Origin: an uncultured Caldilineales bacterium
GTDB taxonomy: Bacteria > Chloroflexota > Anaerolineae > JAAEKA01
Length of the DNA stretch: 64,000 nucleotides
NCBI GenBank assembly: GCA_937907455.1
Contig: CALESQ010000079.1
Location: forward strand, 1 to 64,000
Direction of reading: 5' to 3'
Positions 34,601 through 46,006 of this stretch are shown here, piece by piece. The notes below the pieces were generated by a model. The model was given only the letters and a program-made list of their open reading frames with translations. It had not been told where the DNA came from and made no database searches. Made by a program: the position numbers and the translations under genes. Every line of letters starts with the position of its first letter. The stretch's first letter is position 1.

Positions 34601-34671
34601 AAGTTTTAAGTTTTAAGCGCGAAACCATTCCTTGCTTATCATTAACCGTTAAAACTTAAAACTTAAAACTT
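34601..34671. repeat. AT-rich 17-20 bp inverted repeat built from tandem AAGTTTT heptamers: (AAGTTTT)2AAG ... CTT(AAAACTT)2.
   Basis: AAGTTTTAAGTTTTAAG at 34601-34617 and CTTAAAACTTAAAACTT at 34655-34671, between fadD-like and osmC-2. AT-rich in a GC-rich genome. Confidence 0.8.
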
Positions 34672-34687
34672 CCCCCAAGGACTTCCT

Positions 34688-35107
34688 ATGACAAAAAACG
34701 TTACAGTAACCTGGTTGCAAAAGAAGCAATTTGTCGGTGTTGGTGATAACAAGCGCTCGGTGGTGATGTCTGGACAGGACGAAGACAACCTGATTGGCGT
34801 GTCTCCCTCAGAAATGCTGCTGCTGGGGCTGGCTGGCTGCTCGGCCTATGACGTGGTTGGCATTCTGGAAAAGAAAAAATTCAAGCTAACCGGCTTCGAG
34901 GTACGCGTGCGCGGCGAGCAAGAGGCTGACCCGCCCTGGCCCTATCGCCAGATCCACATGGAATACATCCTGCGCGGCCGCGGCCTGACGGAAAAAGCCG
35001 TAAGCGATGCCATTCACCTTTCGGAAAGCAAGTATTGTTCGGTAGCTGCCACCATCCGCCCCACCGCCGAGATCACCACCAGTTTTCAGATCATCGAAGA
35101 CGAATAA
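34688..35107 (+). CDS. OsmC/Ohr-family protein, a paralog of the 8507 gene.
   Basis: LLLGLAGCSAYDV and ESKYCSVAAT, the same two-Cys layout as the first OsmC. RBS AAGGA. Confidence 0.8.
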   Translation: MTKNVTVTWLQKKQFVGVGDNKRSVVMSGQDEDNLIGVSPSEMLLLGLAGCSAYDVVGILEKKKFKLTGFEVRVRGEQEADPPWPYRQIHMEYILRGRGLTEKAVSDAIHLSESKYCSVAATIRPTAEITTSFQIIEDE

Positions 35108-35179
35108 CCTGCCCCGGTTAAGTGCTTCGGCAAGACCGCACGCAACCGGCTGAACCCCTCGCACCGGCACCATTCGGCT

Positions 35180-36856
35180 ATGCAAAACTCTCTTTCTTCT
35201 GATACCCTGCCCGTGCTGACAGTAGCCGATGACTGGCGCAGCCTGTTGCTGCCTGCCGGCCAAACCGCGCTAGAGACGGTTTTACCTGGCTATCTGGCAG
35301 CGCGGCGCTGGTTCGGTTCCAAAGCGCGCACCATCGAGGCAGTCCACCTGCTTGAGGTTATCCCTCTGGGTGCCGACGCCGTGCTGACCCTGGTGCAGGT
35401 GAGCTTTACCAGCGGACCGGCAGAAATCTATGTGCTGCCGCTGGCCTTTGCCGCGGGCGAGGCTGGCGACACCCTGCGCCATACGCGACCCAACGCATCC
35501 ATCGCCGAGTTGCACAGCGCAAAGGCCAGCGGCGTGCTGTACGATGCCATCTGGGACAAGCCTTTTGCCACCCTGTTGCTGGAGGCTATCAGCAGCGGCG
35601 GTGAGTTTGTCGGACGCACCGGCAAGCTGACCGCCTCCCCCACCATTGCCTATCCGTGGCTGCGCGGCGACCCGCGCGAACCGCTCACCCCGCATGTGTT
35701 GCGCGTGGAGCAGAGCAACACCAACGTGCGCTACGGCGAACGTATGATCCTGAAACTGTTCCGCCGATTAGAGGCAGGCCTCAACCCCGATCAGGAAATC
35801 GGTACCTTTCTGACCGAACGCGTGGCTTTTGGCCATGTCCCGGCAGTGGCCGGTGCGCTCACCTATTACCCAGCCGCGGGCGAGCAGGCCGGTGAGGCCA
35901 TATCGCTGGCCCTGCTGCAAGGCTTTGTAGCCAACCAGGGCGATGCCTGGCGCTACACCCTGGAGTCGCTGCAAAGCTATTTTGCCCAAGCCCTGAACAC
36001 CTACTCCCCTCCTGCCACAGTGCAGGCCTTGCCGCAAGAGCCATTGCTGCGGCTGGCGCAGGGGCAAATCCCTGCAGAAGCCGAGCAGTTCATCGGTGCT
36101 TACCTCGATTCGGCGCGGCTGCTGGGCCAACGCACGGCCGAGCTGCATCTGGCGCTGGCCTCAGCCCCCGACGATCCCGTGTTCGGGCTTGAGCCATTTA
36201 ACGCGGCCTATCGCAGCCAGCTACGCCAGGCCATGCAGCAATCCAGCGAAACGGTGTTTGCTTTGCTGCGCAGCCACCTGCACGATTTGCCCGCAGCCAC
36301 ACAGCCAGCCGCCACCCGCGCCCTCGATCTGCAAGACCAGATTGTCGCAAACTTCGACACGCTGATGCGGCGCGAAGTAGAGCTGCATCGCACCCGCATC
36401 CACGGCGACTATCACCTGGGGCAAGTGCTGTATACCGGCAGCGACTTCATGATCATTGATTTTGAGGGTGAACCGGCGCGTCCGTTACCCGAGCGCCGCA
36501 AAAAAGGCTCACCGTTACAGGATGTGGCCGGCATGTTACGTTCATTCCACTACGCTGCCTATGCCGCCTATTTCTACGCGATAGATCGGCCTGACCAATC
36601 GGCAGTGACGCAGCTCGACCTGGAAACCTGGACGCGCTATTGGCATGTGTGGGTATCGGTGGCCTATCTGCAAAGCTATTTGCAGGCCGCGCAGGGCGCA
36701 CCCTTCCTGCCCGCCGATGATGACACACTGCGCGCCTTGCTGGATGCCTATTTGCTTTCCAAAGCAGTGTATGAATTGGGTTATGAGTTGAACAACCGCC
36801 CGCATTGGGTAGCCATTCCACTGCAAGGGATTTTGCAAACGGCTCAAGCCGCTTAA
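35180..36856 (+). CDS. Maltokinase-like (Mak/Pep2 family) aminoglycoside-phosphotransferase-fold kinase.
   Basis: IHGDYHLGQVLYTGSDFMIIDFEGEPARPLPERRKKGSPLQDVAGMLRSFHYAAY matches the maltokinase catalytic region (HGDxHLGQVL...IIDFEGEP...RDVAGMLRSF). Confidence 0.7.
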   Translation: MQNSLSSDTLPVLTVADDWRSLLLPAGQTALETVLPGYLAARRWFGSKARTIEAVHLLEVIPLGADAVLTLVQVSFTSGPAEIYVLPLAFAAGEAGDTLRHTRPNASIAELHSAKASGVLYDAIWDKPFATLLLEAISSGGEFVGRTGKLTASPTIAYPWLRGDPREPLTPHVLRVEQSNTNVRYGERMILKLFRRLEAGLNPDQEIGTFLTERVAFGHVPAVAGALTYYPAAGEQAGEAISLALLQGFVANQGDAWRYTLESLQSYFAQALNTYSPPATVQALPQEPLLRLAQGQIPAEAEQFIGAYLDSARLLGQRTAELHLALASAPDDPVFGLEPFNAAYRSQLRQAMQQSSETVFALLRSHLHDLPAATQPAATRALDLQDQIVANFDTLMRREVELHRTRIHGDYHLGQVLYTGSDFMIIDFEGEPARPLPERRKKGSPLQDVAGMLRSFHYAAYAAYFYAIDRPDQSAVTQLDLETWTRYWHVWVSVAYLQSYLQAAQGAPFLPADDDTLRALLDAYLLSKAVYELGYELNNRPHWVAIPLQGILQTAQAA

Positions 36857-36863
36857 GGGGTAT

Positions 36864-37700
36864 ATGCACCGAATTCCATCTGCTTTGCCAGAGGACCAAA
36901 GCGGCGAAGATCGGCGGCGCCGCGTCACAGGCGCTATACTCGGTGCAGCGTTGGGTGTGGTCTACGCGTTTTCTACTCAGGCTGTAAATGTTGTTTTGTT
37001 GCGCGAAGTGCCGTTGTACCAAGCACCCTTTGGTTTTTGGGGCAACGTGTTGCTGGGCCTTGTGTGGGGTGCTATGGTGGGATTGGTGTGCGCCTGGCCG
37101 TATAGCACAGCCTGGGGTGTAGCACTGGGCAGCATTGCCAGTGTGATGATGGCCTTGCTGCGGGGCGCAGGTGGTCTGGAAATTGATTTGGTCTGGCTGG
37201 CGGTAGCTACTGTGACTCTCGGCACACCTGCTGCCGTCTTCATGCTGCCTGCCCTGTTTGCCCTGCGCTGGGCGATTAACGTGCAGGCTGATGTGCCGTT
37301 GTCCTCAAGTGGACGCAGCAACCGGCTGCGTGCGCCGTTGATTCTGCTGGCAGTGATCGCTGTGCTGGGAATCTTGTCGCTGTATCCGGCCAAAGCACGG
37401 GCGGTACTGCGTGCCGCCAACCGCAGCCTGGACGCGGGTCTGGCCGCAGGCAGCACGGCTGATCTGCCTTATGAATTGGCAACGTTGCGCGACGGCAGTG
37501 ATTTTCGCCGCAACGCCAGCCAACACGTTACCCTGGAGTGGACGGAAGCGAATCTGGACCGGTTTATCGAGCTGCGTCCGGCCAACAACTACGACGAACA
37601 TTCAGCAGTGCTTGCCCACTTCGACAACGGCAACACCCTGGTGTGTCTCTACCCCACGCGTGACAGTCGCCCCAACTGCGCTTTCCTGTCAGATGAATAA
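36864..37700 (+). CDS. Hypothetical polytopic membrane protein.
   Basis: Multiple hydrophobic helices; no motif recognised. Confidence 0.4.
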   Translation: MHRIPSALPEDQSGEDRRRRVTGAILGAALGVVYAFSTQAVNVVLLREVPLYQAPFGFWGNVLLGLVWGAMVGLVCAWPYSTAWGVALGSIASVMMALLRGAGGLEIDLVWLAVATVTLGTPAAVFMLPALFALRWAINVQADVPLSSSGRSNRLRAPLILLAVIAVLGILSLYPAKARAVLRAANRSLDAGLAAGSTADLPYELATLRDGSDFRRNASQHVTLEWTEANLDRFIELRPANNYDEHSAVLAHFDNGNTLVCLYPTRDSRPNCAFLSDE

Positions 37701-38815
37701 TGGCCTTTCCAGGCAGGCATCAAACTGTGCAACTAAGCATTTGCATTCCCACCTATAACCGCCGGGCGCTGCTGCAAGCTACGCTGGAAAGTCTGCGCGC
37801 CCAAACCTTCCACGACTACGAAATCATCGTGTGTGATGATTGTTCGCCCGATGACACCTGGGACTACCTGCAATCGCTGCGCTGGCCGAACCTACATGTG
37901 CTGCGCAACGAGCGCAACCTGCATTTAGCCGGCACAATGACGCGACTGTTCAACACAGCGCAGGGTGAGTTTGTAGGCATGCAGCATGACCACGATCTGT
38001 ACGGACCACACTTTGCCGAACGCATGGTGCGGCTGTTGCAGGATCATCCCAGCGCGGGCTTTGCCTGCTGCGCCTATCATCTGCTGGATAACGCTGGCCG
38101 GTTAAACGCTCCTGATCTGGCTGAATTTCGCCTGTTTCCTGACAACGGCATTATCCCCGGCCAGGCGTTGCTGCGCGTCATAGCGACTCACCTTTTTACG
38201 CCGATTCCAGCCATGAGTACTGTGTTTCGCCGCGCCGTGGTGGAGCAAGTCGGCGGCTATCGTTCCACCTGGCAATTGGCCGCCGATGAAGATCTGTATC
38301 GCCGCATAGCCGCTATCTCGGACATGGCCTATGTCCACGAGCGTCTGTTCACGCTGGCCGACCGTCCGCCGGAACGCCGTTCGGTGATGGGGAGCTGGCG
38401 CGGGCTGTACAACAATACGGAACTGCGCTACGACCTCATCGAAACGGAACTGCACGCGGCTGCCGCAGAAAAGCGCTCGCTAAAGGCGGGCATCACTTGG
38501 CTGGCTGCAAAAGATTGGCTGCTGGAGTCGCTGGCTGCATGGCTTTGTGGAGACCGTGCGACCTTACGCGGCGCCCTGGACTTCCAAACCGTGCGCCGCG
38601 CGCGTCCGGTGCTGCCGGGGATGTGGCGACTGGCGGCGCGCGGCTGGTTGACGAGCTTGCGCCTCACCGCGGGCATCGGACAGCGAATAGGTAGTTTTCG
38701 TCGCGCCAGACACAGCACGACGAAAACAGCACGACAAAAAGGGTTAAACAAAAAAGCCGCCGCCATGCATCTGGATTGGCATCCTTTTCGACCACCCAAG
38801 CTAAGTTGCCTGTAG
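37700..38815 (+). CDS. Glycosyltransferase family 2 protein.
   Basis: LSICIPTYNRRALLQATLESLRAQTFHDYEIIVCDDCSPDDT (GT2 N-terminal signature with DxD). Confidence 0.75.
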   Translation: MAFPGRHQTVQLSICIPTYNRRALLQATLESLRAQTFHDYEIIVCDDCSPDDTWDYLQSLRWPNLHVLRNERNLHLAGTMTRLFNTAQGEFVGMQHDHDLYGPHFAERMVRLLQDHPSAGFACCAYHLLDNAGRLNAPDLAEFRLFPDNGIIPGQALLRVIATHLFTPIPAMSTVFRRAVVEQVGGYRSTWQLAADEDLYRRIAAISDMAYVHERLFTLADRPPERRSVMGSWRGLYNNTELRYDLIETELHAAAAEKRSLKAGITWLAAKDWLLESLAAWLCGDRATLRGALDFQTVRRARPVLPGMWRLAARGWLTSLRLTAGIGQRIGSFRRARHSTTKTARQKGLNKKAAAMHLDWHPFRPPKLSCL

Positions 38816-39030
38816 ACACGGTCATTGCAGAGTAACGGTCTGATGCTACGCAACGAACCACCGGTTGGTGCGGTTGTGACGGCGCTAACCGCCAGGTACT
38901 CCTGCCAGACAGAGGTGAGTTCACACCCGATCACAGCCACAACCGTACCGAGACCCTTCCCGTCTGGTTTCGGTACGGGCAGGCAGGGTTCTGTCCAGGC
39001 AACATTGATTCATCCACCCGCTCCCGCAAC

Positions 39031-39074
39031 AAAAAAAAGCGTCAGTCGCCTGTGAGGCAACCGACGCTTTTTTG
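39031..39074. terminator. Bidirectional terminator between the GT2 gene and pgk.
   Basis: A8, then GCGTCAGTCG...CCGACGC, then T6. Confidence 0.6.
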
Positions 39075-39081
39075 CTATGTA

Positions 39082-40275
39082 CTATTTCTCATCCAGCGCA
39101 GCGACACCGGGCAGTACCTTGCCTTCGAGATACTCCAGGCTGGCACCGCCACCAGTACTAATGTGGCTCATTTTGGCTGCCAGACCAGCATCATTCACTG
39201 CGGCGGCCGAGTCGCCACCGCCGATGATAGTGGTGGCATCAAGGTGTGCCAGCACGTCAGCAATGGCAAAAGTACCTTTGGCAAAGGCGGGAAACTCGAA
39301 CACGCCCATGGGGCCGTTCCACACCACGGTTTTGGCAGCGGCCAACCGGTTGGCGTAGTGGGCCACAGTAGCCGGGCCGATATCCAGCACGCGCCAGCCC
39401 GCGGGGATTTCATCCACCCCCACCACGCGGTTGGCCGCGTCTGCGGCAAAAGCATCGGCGATCACCACATCCACGGGCAGCACCAGCTTGTCACCACCCT
39501 CAACCATAAGCGCTTTAGCCAGTTCCACGCTGCTCTCTTCGACCAGCGAATCGGCCATGTCATAGCCCTGCGCCTTCAGGAAGGTGTTGGCCATGCCGCC
39601 GCCGATCAACAGCGCATCTACTTTGCCCAGCAGGTTTTGGATCACAGCGATCTTGTCAGAGACCTTGGCGCCACCCAGAATAGCCACAAAGGGACGCACG
39701 GGATGTTCCACCGCCGAGCCGAGGAATTCGATCTCTTTTTCCAGCAGGAAACCGGCCACCACCGGCTTGCCCGCAGCGCGCATGATCTGCGGTACACCGG
39801 CCACGCTGATATCGGGGCGATGGGCTGTGCCAAAGGCGTCGTCTACGTAGACATCAATGCCACCGGCAAGCTGCTCAGCAAAGGCCATGTCGCCTTTCTG
39901 TTCGCCTGGATAGAAGCGCACGTTCTCTAACACCAGCACCTGGCCGGGCTGCAACGCCTGCTTCTGCGCATCCACCTCAGGGCCGATAGCATCACCGGCC
40001 ATGATTACCTGATTGTGAGGCAGCAGCTCCTGCAAACGGGCCGCAGTCGGGGACAGGCTGTATTTCGCTTCCGGTCCGCTTTTAGGGCGGCCCAGATGGG
40101 AAGCCAGCACCAACGCCGCGCCGTTATCCAGCAGATAGCGAATGGTAGGCAGCGCGCCCTGAATGCGGGTGTCATCGGTGATGGCGAGTTCTTTGTTGAG
40201 CGGCACGTTGAAGTCTACGCGCACAAAGACCCGCTTGCCGTTGACATCTACCTCGCGGATGGTTTTTTTGTTCAT
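39082..40275 (-). CDS. pgk: Phosphoglycerate kinase.
   Basis: [26 protein letters not shown]...ASHLGRPK and GGGAS...[10 protein letters not shown]. Confidence 0.95.
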   Translation of the reverse strand: MNKKTIREVDVNGKRVFVRVDFNVPLNKELAITDDTRIQGALPTIRYLLDNGAALVLASHLGRPKSGPEAKYSLSPTAARLQELLPHNQVIMAGDAIGPEVDAQKQALQPGQVLVLENVRFYPGEQKGDMAFAEQLAGGIDVYVDDAFGTAHRPDISVAGVPQIMRAAGKPVVAGFLLEKEIEFLGSAVEHPVRPFVAILGGAKVSDKIAVIQNLLGKVDALLIGGGMANTFLKAQGYDMADSLVEESSVELAKALMVEGGDKLVLPVDVVIADAFAADAANRVVGVDEIPAGWRVLDIGPATVAHYANRLAAAKTVVWNGPMGVFEFPAFAKGTFAIADVLAHLDATTIIGGGDSAAAVNDAGLAAKMSHISTGGGASLEYLEGKVLPGVAALDEK

Positions 40276-40282
40276 CAGGGAA

Positions 40283-40390
40283 TCTCCTGAGTCATAATTC
40301 GTAACCCGTAACCCGTAACTCAGAGTGCTACGGGCTTTGCAGCCGCAGATGTCAATTCCGGGTTACGAATTACTCGTTACGAGTTACGTT
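40283..40390. repeat. Member of the GTAACCCGTAAC / CAATTCCGGGTTACG extragenic repeat family, between pgk and gap.
   Basis: ttcgtaacccgtaacccgtaactcag ... caattccgggttacgaattactcgttacgagttacg. Confidence 0.7.
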
Positions 40391-41416
<1,026 letters not shown>

Positions 41417-41629
41417 TTACGCGGAAATTTGAAACGTAGCACAGCAACGCATTAAAACGTTACTCGTGTTTAAAGTGTGAACTGTTGCACATTATACCAC
41501 ACACAAGGAAAATTACGCCAGCCGAACCGCTCGCTACACGTCGGAAAATCAACGGCAATGGCTGGGCGGGCGATTGGGAAACATGCCAAAACGACCGGCC
41601 ACGGCAAGAAGCAAGTGCTGAAAAGGCTC

Positions 41630-42925
41630 TTAGCCGATCGTTGGCTCTTGATAGATGGACATGAGCACCTGAGCCAACTTGGCCGAGTCGTGCCGCCACG
41701 GACGCTGCACGTCTATCACATCGCCAGTGAGCAGGGTGTAAGCGGTTGGCGGCTCTGCGGGTAGTGTCACCGGCTGAAGATGCGCCTGTTCGCCGTGGCT
41801 GGCGATGATGCAATCGTTAGCCAGCACCAGCGGGAACAAGTCACCAACATGACGCCGCAGCGCGCTTACATGCTTGTCCACATCAAATTCGCTGGTTTCG
41901 CCAGGCTGAGTAGCTACATTGCACACATACACCTTGCGCGCTTTAGCAGCACGGATAGCCGCAGCAATGCCCGGCACCAACAAGTTAGGCAGCACGCTAG
42001 TGAACAAACTGCCCGGCCCGGTGATAATCAGATCCGCTTGCAGGATCGCTTTAACGGCTTCGGGGTAGGCGGGGACCATTTCCGGCTCCAGAAAAACGCG
42101 CACAATATCGTGATCGGCCTGAGGAATAGCCGACTCGCCCACAATACGCCGCCAGCCATAGCCCGATGCCTCGTCGTGCACGCGCACATCCGCGGTCAAC
42201 GTCACCTGCTTCAACGTGGAAGGCACCACCTGCCCGCGCACCGCCAGCACACGACTCGACTCGATCACCCCCTGCTCGAAACTGCCGGCGATGTCGCTCA
42301 TGGCGGCAATGAAAAGATTGCCAAAGCTGTGCCCCTCCAGGCCGTATTCATCGCCGAAGCGATACTGAAAAAGCTGGCCGGTGACACCTTCTTCTTCGGA
42401 TAGGGCTACCAGGCATTGGCGAATGTCACCGGGCGGCAGAATGCCCGTGGCTTCACGCAGCTTGCCAGAGCTGCCGCCATCATCGGCCACCGACACGATG
42501 GCGGTGATGTTGTCGGAATAGCTTTTCAGCCCGCGCAGCAGGATGGAAAGGCCCGTGCCACCACCCAACACGACCACACGCGGGCCTCGCCGCCGCCGAT
42601 GGTGACGATAGATGCGCTCGGCTACATTGGCCGCGGGCTGACCCTCTGCTACAAATGGCTGAAGCAAGGAGCGGTTCAGTTGAAACAGAGCTATTGCCAG
42701 CACACCCAGGCCCGCGCTGCCCAGCACCAGGGCACGCAGCGGGCGGTTGATAAACTGCAAAGTAATGTAAAAGAAAAAGAAAGGCAGCGGCATGTCGGCG
42801 TACAGCTCGGTTAGCAGCAATGCCAAAGCCAGGCTGATCAGCACAACAGCGACCAACAACACCAGCAACCAACGTTTGACGTGCATGCCTGGGCGCAGCC
42901 ACAGCCATCGCGAAGTACTCATGGC
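41630..42925 (-). CDS. YvcK/CofD-family gluconeogenesis-factor-like protein (UPF0052) with an unusual N-terminal two-TM extension.
   Basis: VVVLGGGTGLSILLRGLK...ITAIVSVADDGGSSGKLR are the YvcK hallmarks. The N-terminal 120 aa contain two hydrophobic helices. The start is ambiguous (42925 or 42886). Confidence 0.7.
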   Translation of the reverse strand, partial: AMSTSRWLWLRPGMHVKRWLLVLLVAVVLISLALALLLTELYADMPLPFFFFYITLQFINRPLRALVLGSAGLGVLAIALFQLNRSLLQPFVAEGQPAANVAERIYRHHRRRRGPRVVVLGGGTGLSILLRGLKSYSDNITAIVSVADDGGSSGKLREATGILPPGDIRQCLVALSEEEGVTGQLFQYRFGDEYGLEGHSFGNLFIAAMSDIAGSFEQGVIESSRVLAVRGQVVPSTLKQVTLTADVRVHDEASGYGWRRIVGESAIPQADHDIVRVFLEPEMVPAYPEAVKAILQADLIITGPGSLFTSVLPNLLVPGIAAAIRAAKARKVYVCNVATQPGETSEFDVDKHVSALRRHVGDLFPLVLANDCIIASHGEQAHLQPVTLPAEPPTAYTLLTGDVIDVQRPWRHDSAKLAQVLMSIYQEPTIG

Positions 42926-43063
42926 CGAATTATAGCCAAAAACCAGCCGCGGGCTAAAAGTGTCATCTGGCAACGGCGCTGCGCAGCTTGACGCCGACCT
43001 GCAAGCGTGCTACTCTATACCTGACGATTGCAGACTGTCTGGTTATGTGAAAGGTGTTTTTAT

Positions 43064-43484
43064 GACTGAGTCTGTTGTTTCCCATGCGATGTTCCCCTGT
43101 CTTGTATTTGACGAAACCGGCCAACCGGCCGAAGTGGTTTTTGTCGGTAACGAAGCTCAATATGTCATTCTGGATGATGGCTTTCGCCGCCATGTGTCCG
43201 CAGCAGAGATAGACCGTCAGATACTGGCGCACTTGCAAAGCGCCATGGCACCATTTCGTGATCAGGCTGTGGCCGAAATGATGCGCATGATAGGACAGGA
43301 AGACCTGTTTACCAAAGCGATGATCGATTCATCCCTGAAAAACTGGCAGCAGGCGTTGGGCCGCCCCATTCCCGCTGAGACGCTGGCCTGGCTGGGTATG
43401 CTGGGCTTTGCAGCAGTGGTCAACGTTCACGGCGAAGTGACAACTATCAATCTGCCTGGAGCTGCAGACAACAACGAACCCTAA
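43064..43484 (+). CDS. Hypothetical protein.
   Basis: ORF from the internal ATG MTESVVSH; no motif recognised. Confidence 0.35.
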
Positions 43485-43498
43485 CCTCAGGTGATGCT

Positions 43499-45979
43499 AT
43501 GAAGAAGTTTGTGATGGCAGCTATGGCTGCTTTGGCGCTGGTGCTGGGCGCTGTCGCGGCACTGCGTGCTTTTTTGCTTCGCTTTTTGCCGCAAACCACG
43601 GGCGCACTGCGTCTGCACGGCCTGCACGGGCCGGTGGAAATTCTGCGCGATCGCTGGGGCGTGCCTCATCTCTACGCCGAGGACGAAGACGATCTTTTCT
43701 TCGCGCAGGGATATGTGCATGCGCAGGATCGGCTCTGGCAAATGGAGTTGCAGCGCCGCCTGGGCGCAGGCCGCTTGTCCGAAATTCTGGGTGAACCTAC
43801 ATTAGAAATGGACCGGCTGGTGCGCACGCTGGGGTTGAACCGTGCTGCCGAAGAGGACGTACACGCGCTATCTGCTGAATCACAAGCGGCGCTGAATGCC
43901 TATGCCGCCGGAGTGAATGCTTTCATCCGCACGCAGCAGGGACGTTGGTCGCTGGAATTTGAACTGCTGCGCTGCCGACCGCAACCGTGGCGACCGGTTG
44001 ATAGTTTGTACTGGGTAAAGTTCATGGGGGTGATCCTCAGCAGCAACTGGGCCAGCGAGACACTGCGCGCGCAACTGGCGCTGGCGCTGGGCGCTGAGTT
44101 AGCCGCCGATCTGGAGCCACCCTATCCGGCAGATAATCCGCCGATTGTGCATGGCTCCGGCCTGGCTGCGGGAACCGCTGCTGCGCCTAACGGCTGGGGC
44201 AGTCCGGCGCTGCGTCAGGCCCTGCAACTGGTGACAGATTTGCTGGGCGGCGAAACCCACAAAACCCCGCCCGCCGCCACGGCTGCCGGCCTGACCGGCA
44301 TCATCAACCTGACCCCAGGTGCGAGCAACCAATGGGCTGTCAGCAGCGCGCGCACCACTACCGGCAAGCCGCTGCTGGCTAACGACACGCACATGTCGGT
44401 AGCTGTGCCCGCGCTGTGGTATCAAGTGCATCTGGAAGGGGGCCGTTACCATGTGGCAGGCGTTTCTTTCCCCGGTGCGCCCGGTGTGATGGTAGGACAT
44501 AACCAGCGCTGCGCCTGGGGCCTGACTACGGCCTGGCAAGACGCTCAGGATCTTTTTATCGAACGCTTCAACCCTGCCAACTCTGCTGAATATGAGTTTC
44601 AGGGCGCATGGCTGCCAGTGGAGACGTTGCACGAGGTGATCACGGTCAAGGGGCGCGCCGAGGCGGTGGTGGAAGAGGTGCGCCTTACCCGGCATGGCCC
44701 GCTGATGAGCGCCTGGACCACTTTGGCCGCACCGGTGGCACTGCGCTGGACCGCATTGGAACGCAGCGATATGCTGGCCGCGGTGCTGGGCTATAACCGC
44801 GCCGCAAACTGGGCCGAGTTTCGTGCTGCACTAGCTCACTGGGCTGTACCTGCACACAATTTTGTCTATGCAGATGTGGACGACCATATTGCCTATCTGC
44901 AAGCCGGATGGATGCCCCGTCGCGCCGCGGGCTATGGCATGGCTCCAGTGCCCGGTTGGAGCGGCGACTATGAATGGCAGGGCTATCTGACACTGGATGA
45001 ACTGCCGCAGGCTATGGATCCGGCAGATGGCTGGCTGGGCGCGGCTAACAACCTGGTGACAGATGACCAATATCCGCACTTTCTGAGCAGTGATCTGGAA
45101 AACCCCAGCCGCGCCACACGGCTGGCAGCCCTGCTGGCGCAAAAGGAAAGGTTCACTGTTGCTGACTTTGCAACGATGCAGCAGGATACCTACAGCGATC
45201 AGGCACGGCGCTTTGTGCGCCACCTGCTGCCGATCCAGCCGACCAACCGGCGCGAGGCACGCGCTCTGGAACTGCTGCGTGCCTGGGATTTTCATATGCA
45301 CGCGGATAGTGTGGCGGCTACGTTGTATGAGGTGTGCCGCGTGTACGCCCTCCACGAGGTATTCGATGGTCATCTGGGCGATCTGGCCGCGGCCTATGTA
45401 GGGGTCAGTCCTACGCCGCTGGGCGACTCAGGGCCGTTTCACGGTCGCAGCATGGTGCGTTTGCTGGATTTGCTGGATAGCAAGCAGCCCTCGGTATGGC
45501 TGACGGACCCGGCTACCGGCATCCCGCGCGCCAAGACAGAGCTGATGCACCGCGCCCTGCGCATTGCCTTGAAGCAACTGCACGACCATTTAGGCGGCGA
45601 GGTGGACGAATGGCAATGGGGCCGGGTGAACACGGTGCATTTTGCTCATCCTCTGGGCGCGGTGAAGCCGCTGCATCTGCTGTTCAACCGCGGGCCTTAT
45701 CCCATGAGCGGTGATCAGGATACGTTGCTGCGGGCCAGCGGTACACCGGCCTTTCCCTTCAAGCCGGTAGGCGTGGTAGATGCCGTGCGCTTTATTGCGG
45801 ATTTGAGCGATTGGGACCGCTGCCAGATCATTGTGCCGGGAGGCCAGTCGGGCCATGTTGCCAGTGCTCACTACGCGGACCAAATTCCGCTGTGGCGCGA
45901 AGGGCTGATGATGTCGTTGCCCTTCAGCCGCGGCGAGGTGGAACGATTGGCTACAGAGCGGCTGACGCTGCATCCGTAA
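43499..45979 (+). CDS. Penicillin acylase family (Ntn-hydrolase S45) protein; possible AHL/penicillin amidase.
   Basis: Signal peptide; LYAEDEDDLFFAQGYVHAQDRLWQMELQRR; the SNQWAV beta-subunit N-terminal nucleophile motif; 826 aa. Confidence 0.85.
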   Translation: MKKFVMAAMAALALVLGAVAALRAFLLRFLPQTTGALRLHGLHGPVEILRDRWGVPHLYAEDEDDLFFAQGYVHAQDRLWQMELQRRLGAGRLSEILGEPTLEMDRLVRTLGLNRAAEEDVHALSAESQAALNAYAAGVNAFIRTQQGRWSLEFELLRCRPQPWRPVDSLYWVKFMGVILSSNWASETLRAQLALALGAELAADLEPPYPADNPPIVHGSGLAAGTAAAPNGWGSPALRQALQLVTDLLGGETHKTPPAATAAGLTGIINLTPGASNQWAVSSARTTTGKPLLANDTHMSVAVPALWYQVHLEGGRYHVAGVSFPGAPGVMVGHNQRCAWGLTTAWQDAQDLFIERFNPANSAEYEFQGAWLPVETLHEVITVKGRAEAVVEEVRLTRHGPLMSAWTTLAAPVALRWTALERSDMLAAVLGYNRAANWAEFRAALAHWAVPAHNFVYADVDDHIAYLQAGWMPRRAAGYGMAPVPGWSGDYEWQGYLTLDELPQAMDPADGWLGAANNLVTDDQYPHFLSSDLENPSRATRLAALLAQKERFTVADFATMQQDTYSDQARRFVRHLLPIQPTNRREARALELLRAWDFHMHADSVAATLYEVCRVYALHEVFDGHLGDLAAAYVGVSPTPLGDSGPFHGRSMVRLLDLLDSKQPSVWLTDPATGIPRAKTELMHRALRIALKQLHDHLGGEVDEWQWGRVNTVHFAHPLGAVKPLHLLFNRGPYPMSGDQDTLLRASGTPAFPFKPVGVVDAVRFIADLSDWDRCQIIVPGGQSGHVASAHYADQIPLWREGLMMSLPFSRGEVERLATERLTLHP

Positions 45980-46006
45980 CTATTCTCTGTTTTATCGGAT
46001 GACGCT

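Noticed and set aside
35282-36148. Minus-strand ORFs inside the maltokinase-like gene.
   Set aside because: Antisense shadows with no motifs. The plus-strand frame carries the Mak catalytic signature.
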